This document shows positions 58,632 to 64,000 of a stretch of DNA of 64,000 nt, one piece after another. Positions within the stretch are counted from its first letter, which is position 1. Each line of letters opens with the position of its first letter. The notes beneath the pieces were generated by a model. That model was not told the origin of the DNA. It ran no database searches and saw only the letters and a program-made list of their open reading frames with translations. This DNA comes from Longimicrobiales bacterium (GTDB lineage Bacteria; Gemmatimonadota; Gemmatimonadetes; Longimicrobiales; RSA9), in NCBI GenBank assembly GCA_035764935.1, contig DASTYK010000089.1, positions 10,732-74,731 on the forward strand, written 5' to 3'. The position numbers and the translations under genes were made by a program.

Positions 58632-60368
58632 ATGAGCACGCTCCGCATCGGGCTCGCCCAGATCAACCCGACCGTCGGCGACTTCGACGGCAATCTTTCC
58701 ATCATCGAGGGCTGCCTCGAGCAGGCGCGGGAGCACGCGGTCGATCTCGTCGCGTTTCCCGAGCTCGCCCTTTGTGGCTATCCGCCCGAGGACCTGTTGC
58801 TCAAGCCGTCGTTCGCGGCCGCGAACCGCCGCTCGCTCGAGCGGCTGGCGGCCGGCAGCGGTGGCATGACCGTCGTCACAGGCTTCGTCGACCGGCAGAC
58901 GGACCTCTTCAATGCCGCCGCCGTGCTCCACGACGGCCAGCACATCGCGACGTACCACAAGCAGCGGCTTCCCAACTACGGCGTCTTCGACGAGCTGCGC
59001 TACTTCAAGCCTGGCACCGGGGAGGTCCTCGTGCGGGTGCGGGGCGCGTGGGTTGGAGTCACCGTCTGCGAGGACATCTGGCTCCCGGGCGGACCGGTCG
59101 GCCGCCTCGCGCGGGCCGGCGCAGACGTGATCGTCAACATCAATGCGTCGCCGTTTCATCGCGGCAAAGCCGCCGCGCGCCACCGGATGCTCGGCACCCG
59201 CGCCTTCGATCACGCCTGTTTCCTTGCCTACGTCAACATGGTCGGCGGGCAGGACGAGCTCGTGTTCGACGGCGACTCCAGCATCTACGACCCCGAGGGC
59301 GACCTGCTCGCCGAGGCGACTCCCTTCACCGAGGAGCTGCTCGTCGCAGACCTCGAGCTGGAGCAGGTCTTTCGCGCACGACTGCACGACCCGCGGCGCC
59401 GTCACACGATGCGGCAGGAGCCGGACAGCGTGGTCCGCCATTCACCCGCGCAGCCACCCGCGCCTGACACGCGCCCGGAAGCACCGCCCACGGCGATCGT
59501 CGTGCACGACGAGCTGGCCGAGGTCTACCAGGCACTCGTCGTCGGAACGCGCGACTACCTCCGGAAGAATGGATTCCAGCACGTCCTGCTCGGCCTTTCC
59601 GGCGGACTCGACTCGGCACTCGTCGCCACCATCGCGGTGGACGCACTCGGCGCGGACTGCGTCACCGGCGTGCTGCTGCCTTCCCCGTACTCGAGCGAAC
59701 ACTCGCGCAGCGATGCTCTCGCACTGAGCGGCAACCTGGGCATCGACACACTCACGATCCCGATCGAGGGGCCCTTTGCCGCTTTGAAAGAGGCCCTCGC
59801 ACCCGCGTTCCAGGGTCGAGAGCCCGACGTGACCGAAGAGAACCTGCAGGCCCGCGTCCGCGGTGTCCTGCTCATGGCGCTCTCGAACAAGTTCGGCTGG
59901 CTGCTTCTCACCACGGGCAACAAGAGCGAGCTCGCAACCGGCTATGCAACGCTGTACGGTGACATGGCAGGCGGTTTCGCGGTGCTCAAGGACGTCCCCA
60001 AGACCCTCGTGCAGGCGCTCGCACGCTGGCGCAACGAGCGTGACGGAGACGACGCCGACGGGCCGATCCCGCGCAACACGATCGAGAAGCCGCCCTCCGC
60101 AGAGCTCCGCCCCGACCAGTACGACACGGATTCACTCCCGCCGTACGCGGTGCTCGACCCCATCCTGGAACGCTACGTCGAGCAGGACTGGTCCATCCCC
60201 GAGATCATTGCCGAGGGCCACGACCCCGACGTCGTCCGGCGCGTTGCACGGCTCGTCGACACCAGCGAGTACAAGCGACGCCAGGCACCGCCCGGCGTGA
60301 AAATCACCGAGCGCGCCTTCGGCAAGGATCGCCGCGTGCCGATTACGTCGCGGTTCCGCAGCGAATAG
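58632..60368 (+). CDS. nadE: Glutamine-dependent NAD+ synthetase
   Basis: N-terminal CN-hydrolase domain (FPELALCGYPPEDL, VCEDIW) and a C-terminal synthetase domain (LGLSGGLDSAL, GNKSELATGY). Confidence 0.93.
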   Translation: MSTLRIGLAQINPTVGDFDGNLSIIEGCLEQAREHAVDLVAFPELALCGYPPEDLLLKPSFAAANRRSLERLAAGSGGMTVVTGFVDRQTDLFNAAAVLHDGQHIATYHKQRLPNYGVFDELRYFKPGTGEVLVRVRGAWVGVTVCEDIWLPGGPVGRLARAGADVIVNINASPFHRGKAAARHRMLGTRAFDHACFLAYVNMVGGQDELVFDGDSSIYDPEGDLLAEATPFTEELLVADLELEQVFRARLHDPRRRHTMRQEPDSVVRHSPAQPPAPDTRPEAPPTAIVVHDELAEVYQALVVGTRDYLRKNGFQHVLLGLSGGLDSALVATIAVDALGADCVTGVLLPSPYSSEHSRSDALALSGNLGIDTLTIPIEGPFAALKEALAPAFQGREPDVTEENLQARVRGVLLMALSNKFGWLLLTTGNKSELATGYATLYGDMAGGFAVLKDVPKTLVQALARWRNERDGDDADGPIPRNTIEKPPSAELRPDQYDTDSLPPYAVLDPILERYVEQDWSIPEIIAEGHDPDVVRRVARLVDTSEYKRRQAPPGVKITERAFGKDRRVPITSRFRSE

Positions 60369-60411
60369 CCGTTTCCTCCACCGTTCTCGGTGGCCTCTGT
60401 GCGCTCCGTGG

Positions 60412-60448
60412 TAGAAAAGAAAGGCGGCGGCCGGAGATGGCCGCCGCC
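60412..60448 (-). terminator. Rho-independent terminator of lemA (minus strand)
   Basis: Perfect 10-bp stem GGCGGCGGCC / GGCCGCCGCC with a 6-nt loop. On the minus strand it is followed by TTTCTTTTCT. Confidence 0.75.
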
Positions 60449-60457
60449 CAGGCGAGG

Positions 60458-61051
60458 CTAGTTCTGGAACTCGACCTGTGGTGCCTGTCGCGCCGACTCG
60501 GGGGCTTCGAACGGCTCCTTGCGATCGGCGCCGATCACTTTCGCCGTGATCACCTGCGGGAACTGCCGTACGTACGTGTTGTAGGTCGCGACTGCCTCGT
60601 TGTAGTCGCGTCGAGAGACGGCGAGGCGGTTCTCCGTCTCGGTCAGCTCGTCCTGCAGCGCGCGGAAATTCTGGTTCGCGTTGAGCTGCGGGTATGCTTC
60701 GACCGCGACGTTGATGAACAGGCGGAGCTGCTCGCTGACCGCGTCGGCGGCCGCGCTCAGCTCGTCCGCTTCTGCGTCTCCCTGCACCGCCTGCTGCAGC
60801 TGTTCGCGCGCGCCGTTGAGACCGCTGCGGGCCTGCGCGACCTGCGTGAACGTCTCCTGCTCGAACTCTGCCGCCTCCTCGACGGTGCGCACGAGGTTCG
60901 GGATCAGGTCGTTGCGCCGCATCAGCTCCGTCTCGATGTTGGCGCGGTTCTGCTCCGTCAGCTCATCGAGCTGCTGGATCCGGTTGTAGCCGCATCCGCT
61001 GAGGGTGAACAGCAGAGGCAGCAGGACCAGGGTACGCTTCATCCGCGTCAC
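60458..61051 (-). CDS. lemA: LemA family protein
   Basis: Lipoprotein-like signal LLFTLSGCGYN and the typical LemA helices (RRNDLIPNLVRTV, YPQLNANQNF, RRDYNEAV). Confidence 0.9.
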   Translation of the reverse strand: MTRMKRTLVLLPLLFTLSGCGYNRIQQLDELTEQNRANIETELMRRNDLIPNLVRTVEEAAEFEQETFTQVAQARSGLNGAREQLQQAVQGDAEADELSAAADAVSEQLRLFINVAVEAYPQLNANQNFRALQDELTETENRLAVSRRDYNEAVATYNTYVRQFPQVITAKVIGADRKEPFEAPESARQAPQVEFQN

Positions 61052-61758
61052 TCCTTGAAGGCGTCCACGTACGCCGCGGTCCGCTCCGCGGCGTGATGAT
61101 ACGACTCGACCAGCTCGTCGGTCAGGCGCAGGCGCAGTGTGCTCCTGCCGACGCGTGCGCGATGGGCGGCAAGCAGCGCGTCCGGTCGGGCGCCCACGAG
61201 GCGTGTGCCTGCCGCGATGACGTCCTCCATGTGCCCGGGCACCGTCTCGCCGGCCAACCGGAGCGCAGCGCGCAGGTACGTAGCAAGCGACGGCAGCGTT
61301 GCCATCAGCAGCCCACCGATCAGCTCGGGCTCACCCGCCGCCGCGAGCAGGCCGCTGCGCAACTGCATGACCTTACCTCGGAGCTCGTGCTCCGCCTGTG
61401 TTCGCAGTGCACCCCGATCGACGGCGTGCTGCGTAACCGGGTCCTCGCCTGCCAGCACCTCGTGCGCGTCGTGCATGTCGGCGATCTCGATCGCGAAGAC
61501 GTCCGCCGCCCGCTGCCATTCGTGCGCTTCCAGGAGCAGCGGAACCGCGCCCGTTTCGCGCCAGCGTTTCGCGTGGAAAACGGCCCGCTCCAGCAGCGCC
61601 GCATTGAGGTCGTCGAGCAGCACGAGCAGGTTGATGTTGCTCACGCCATCGATGTGCTCGCCCCGCGCGACGGAGCCGAAGAGAAGGACGCTCTTCAGGT
61701 TCGAGCCGAAGTCCCGCTCCAGCTCGCGCGCGATCGCGAGTGCTTGCTCATTCACCAT
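61048..61758 (-). CDS. Nucleotidyltransferase-fold protein (Pol-beta superfamily) with a helical C-terminal domain and altered catalytic acidic residues
   Basis: LLFGSVARGEHIDGVSNINLLVLL matches hG[GS]-x11-[D]h[DE]h except that both acidic positions are Asn. The start is the ATG at 61758. Overlaps lemA by 4 nt. Confidence 0.65.
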   Translation of the reverse strand: MVNEQALAIARELERDFGSNLKSVLLFGSVARGEHIDGVSNINLLVLLDDLNAALLERAVFHAKRWRETGAVPLLLEAHEWQRAADVFAIEIADMHDAHEVLAGEDPVTQHAVDRGALRTQAEHELRGKVMQLRSGLLAAAGEPELIGGLLMATLPSLATYLRAALRLAGETVPGHMEDVIAAGTRLVGARPDALLAAHRARVGRSTLRLRLTDELVESYHHAAERTAAYVDAFKE

Positions 61759-61769
61759 TCCCGATCTCC

Positions 61770-62642
61770 TCACCAGCTGCGGCCGGCGCCGCCGCCGCCG
61801 AAGCCGCCACCGCCGCCGAATCCGCCAAAGCCGCCACCGAACCCACCGCCACCGAAGCCGCCACCGAACCCACCGCGACCAAACCCGCCGCCTCTGCGGC
61901 CCGAGCCCAGGATGAGGGGCAGCAGCCACCAGGCGCTGCCGCCGCCGCCACGACCACCGCGCCCGCCACGACCACCGCGCCCCATGCTGCTCATGATCAG
62001 AAACACGAGTACGACGAGGAAGAAAACCAGGCCGCCGCCGCCGTCGTCGCCCCGCTGCGTCTGCGTCTGCGGGAGCTGAGGGAGGTCACCGGTCAGCTCG
62101 AACTCGAAACGCTCGGCATACATCTGGGCGAGTGCAATGACGCCCATCAGGATGCCCGTGCCGTAGTCCTGCCGCTGGAACTCGGGCACCATGAAGCGAT
62201 CGGCAACGCGACCCGCCTCCGCAGCGGTGATGAACGTCGTCGTTCCCGTGCCGGTTTCGATCTTCAGATGACCGCGTCCGTCGTCCGATGTTTCCTTCGG
62301 GATCACGAGCACGACGATGCCGGTGTTGCGGGTGGGGTCGCCGGGGTCGCCTTTCTGGCCCACGCCCCATTGCCGCCCGATCTCGAGTGCAAGCTCGTCC
62401 CGGGTGCGTCCCTGGAGTGTCGGCATGGTGACGACCGCGATCTCACCGCCCGACTTCGCGCGCACCTCCTCGACGATGCGCGTGATCTGCGTTTCCTGCT
62501 CGGCAGGAATCACGTTCGCGAAGTCGTTGACCATGCCGACGGGCGCGGGGATCTGCACCCGTTGTGCGTGCAGCAGCACCGGCGCGGGCAGCAGCAGGGC
62601 CGCGATGGCGGCAGCGCACAGAATGGATCGGAACCGTCTCAT
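61770..62642 (-). CDS. TPM-domain protein (YgcG-like) with a TM helix and a Gly/Arg/Phe-rich tail
   Basis: Signal peptide, then VNDFANVIPAEQETQITRIVEEVRAKSGGEIAVVTMPTL (TPM/phosphatase-like). This is followed by a TM helix and a GRGGRGG...GFGGGFGG tail. The start is the ATG at 62642. Confidence 0.8.
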   Translation of the reverse strand: MRRFRSILCAAAIAALLLPAPVLLHAQRVQIPAPVGMVNDFANVIPAEQETQITRIVEEVRAKSGGEIAVVTMPTLQGRTRDELALEIGRQWGVGQKGDPGDPTRNTGIVVLVIPKETSDDGRGHLKIETGTGTTTFITAAEAGRVADRFMVPEFQRQDYGTGILMGVIALAQMYAERFEFELTGDLPQLPQTQTQRGDDGGGGLVFFLVVLVFLIMSSMGRGGRGGRGGRGGGGSAWWLLPLILGSGRRGGGFGRGGFGGGFGGGGFGGGFGGFGGGGGFGGGGAGRSW

Positions 62643-62674
62643 CGAATTCGGATTCGCATGGGGGACGCAGGCGG

Positions 62675-62690
62675 TGCAAGCGTCGGGCCG
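62675..62690 (-). promoter_or_regulatory. Sigma-54-like -24/-12 element (CGGCCCGACGCTTGCA on the minus strand)
   Basis: GGC-N7-TTGCA, about 34 nt upstream of the TPM gene ATG at 62642. Confidence 0.35.
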
Positions 62691-62858
62691 GGGGCACGTG
62701 CAGATGTGGCAGGCTGCAGCCACGAAATGCGCTGACGGGCCGCCGCATTGGCGGCGACCCGCTGCAGATGGGTGAGGGCAAATGGAGCGGATCCCATGGC
62801 CGCTCGGGATGCAGACCGGGCGAGCGCAGGCGACGCCCGAGACCGCTGCGGGCGCGTG

Positions 62859-64000
62859 TCAATCGGGCGGGAGCAGCTCCGGCTGATTCGCTTCCGCCAG
62901 GGCGATGATTCGCTCGATCTCGTCCGCGGACGCTTTCTTCGCCTTCTTCCGCGCGGCAGGCCTGGCCGGCTGCTTCGGTGGCGGCGGCGGAAGCGGCGGA
63001 AGCGGCTGCGCGGCGACGGGCGCGTCGTCGTCATCCTCGTCGAGCAGGGGCAGCCCCTCCAGCGCCGGGTTCTGCCATTTCCTGCGCCGAGGCGGTTCGG
63101 CGGGGCTCGCTGTACCGCCCTCTGCAGTCGCCATGGAGTCCGCCGGTTCGAACGGCTGCACTGATTCGAGTGCGTCGACGGACGGGTCGGAATCCGCAGG
63201 TCCGCGCGACTCCGCTGATCCGGTTACGTCTTCCCGCTGGGCAGCTTCTGTCGGCGCGACCGCACCGGTCGCTTCGCCTGGCTGGCCGTGCCCCTCCTGG
63301 GCGTCTGGCTCCAGTGCCTGCATGGATTCCGCACGATCCACTGTGCCGTCGGACGTAGCCTGCCCTGTCCCGTCAACACCGCTGTCTCCAACGCCTGCGA
63401 GGCCGAACGACAGATCCAGCCCACTGGTCGTGGCAGTATCAACCGGCTTCGGCACCACGGCGGGTGCATCATCCGGGAGGTTCCAGTCATCGTCGGTATC
63501 TGCAATCGACGGCCGAGGGGCTTCGTCCTCGACAGGCGTCGGCGCCGCCGCCGAAAGCGGCTCCGCCGGCAGGGCGGGCATCGCCGTCAGATCGCTTTCG
63601 CCCGGCTGATCCGCTTCCTCCAGTGGCGGCACGCTCCAGTCGTCGTCCTGGCTCGAGCCCGGCGTCGCCTCCAGCCCGTCCACTGGCGGCAGGCTCCAGT
63701 CGTCGGTATCCGGTGCCGCCGAAGTTTCCAGGCCTTCGAGCGGCGTCACACTCCACGGCTCGTCGTCCGGAGCATTCCAGTCATCTGCCGCCGACGTCAC
63801 CTCGAAGCCCGGCAGCGCCCAGGGCTCGGAGGGCTCCGCGTCGGCAATGATTTCATCCGCGCCCGCGCTTCCGTCATCGAGCAGCGGCAGCGGGTCCGCG
63901 ACGTCCGGATCACTCTCGTGCGCAGCAACACCATCCGACGTCCCCGTATCGGCTGTGTCGGCAGCATCTGCTGGCTCGAGCGGGTCCGCCGCGCTGATGA
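62859..64000 (-). CDS. Highly acidic, low-complexity protein with repeated D-D-W-x-x-P motifs (N-terminus outside the window)
   Basis: The minus-strand frame is open from the window edge to the stop at 62859, and the listed GTG at 63800 is internal. Motifs include EPWALPGFE, DDWNAPDD, EPWSVTPLEGLE, DDWSLPPVDGLE, DDDWSVPPLEE and DDDWNLPDD. The C-terminus has a Pro-rich stretch and then a basic KKAKKASADEIERII segment. Confidence 0.6.
   Translation of the reverse strand, partial: ISAADPLEPADAADTADTGTSDGVAAHESDPDVADPLPLLDDGSAGADEIIADAEPSEPWALPGFEVTSAADDWNAPDDEPWSVTPLEGLETSAAPDTDDWSLPPVDGLEATPGSSQDDDWSVPPLEEADQPGESDLTAMPALPAEPLSAAAPTPVEDEAPRPSIADTDDDWNLPDDAPAVVPKPVDTATTSGLDLSFGLAGVGDSGVDGTGQATSDGTVDRAESMQALEPDAQEGHGQPGEATGAVAPTEAAQREDVTGSAESRGPADSDPSVDALESVQPFEPADSMATAEGGTASPAEPPRRRKWQNPALEGLPLLDEDDDDAPVAAQPLPPLPPPPPKQPARPAARKKAKKASADEIERIIALAEANQPELLPPD

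Noticed and set aside
61093-62079. Plus-strand ORF with a PPPKPPPNPP repeat region, and the minus-strand 61048-61929 N-terminal WRLRWRW region.
   Set aside because: Both are alternative-frame or antisense readings of the GGC/GGT-rich DNA that encodes the Gly-rich tail of the TPM (YgcG-like) protein, so they are not independent genes.

Overview
High-GC (about two-thirds G+C by eye) chromosomal window from a diderm, LPS-making bacterium. It carries about 55 tightly packed genes, many with 1-4 nt start/stop overlaps. The gene content (futalosine menaquinone genes, a GWxTD-like protein, an Omp85/TamB pair, rpoN) would fit a Gemmatimonadota-like lineage, but that is only an inference. All calls come from motif and architecture recognition in the supplied translations; no database search was run.

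Gene order, left to right:
- nuoN (5' partial), a long phosphohexomutase, a UPF0182 membrane protein, arcC, sucCD, an EIIA(Ntr)-like/CBS fusion, ndk.
- The classical yceD-rpmF-plsX-fabHDG-acpP-fabF operon.
- mqnE/mqnC-like radical SAM pair, purE, ispF, dedA, xerC/D, trpG/pabA, a secreted beta-helix/Omp85-like protein.
- kdsB-pyrG-kdsA-kdsC-kdsD-lptC-lptA-lptB-rpoN.
- A 10-gene, translationally coupled glycosyltransferase/lipid cluster (34331-43873).
- About 530 bp of non-coding DNA, then a Lig-Pol type ligD.
- A TPR protein (minus strand), an Omp85(TamA/BamA-like)-tamB pair, a gntR regulator (minus), a GWxTD-like protein, an OM beta-barrel protein and lgt (both minus), nadE.
- A minus-strand lemA-NTase-TPM operon, and a very acidic W-x-x-P repeat protein running off the 3' edge.

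I saw no rRNA, tRNA, CRISPR array or obvious mobile element.

Most noteworthy observations:
1. A recurrent sigma-54-type -24/-12 motif (TGGC-N7-TTGC) sits in front of many unrelated operons.
2. lptB carries a roughly 147-codon N-terminal extension joined through a G9 homopolymer.
3. Two GGGCCC-rich, G-quadruplex-capable inverted arms lie between ndk and yceD.
4. A promoter plus hairpin plus T7 leader precedes the kdsB-pyrG operon.
5. An NTase whose catalytic Asp pair reads Asn-x-Asn is inserted between lemA and a TPM gene.
6. The ligD upstream region is unusual.
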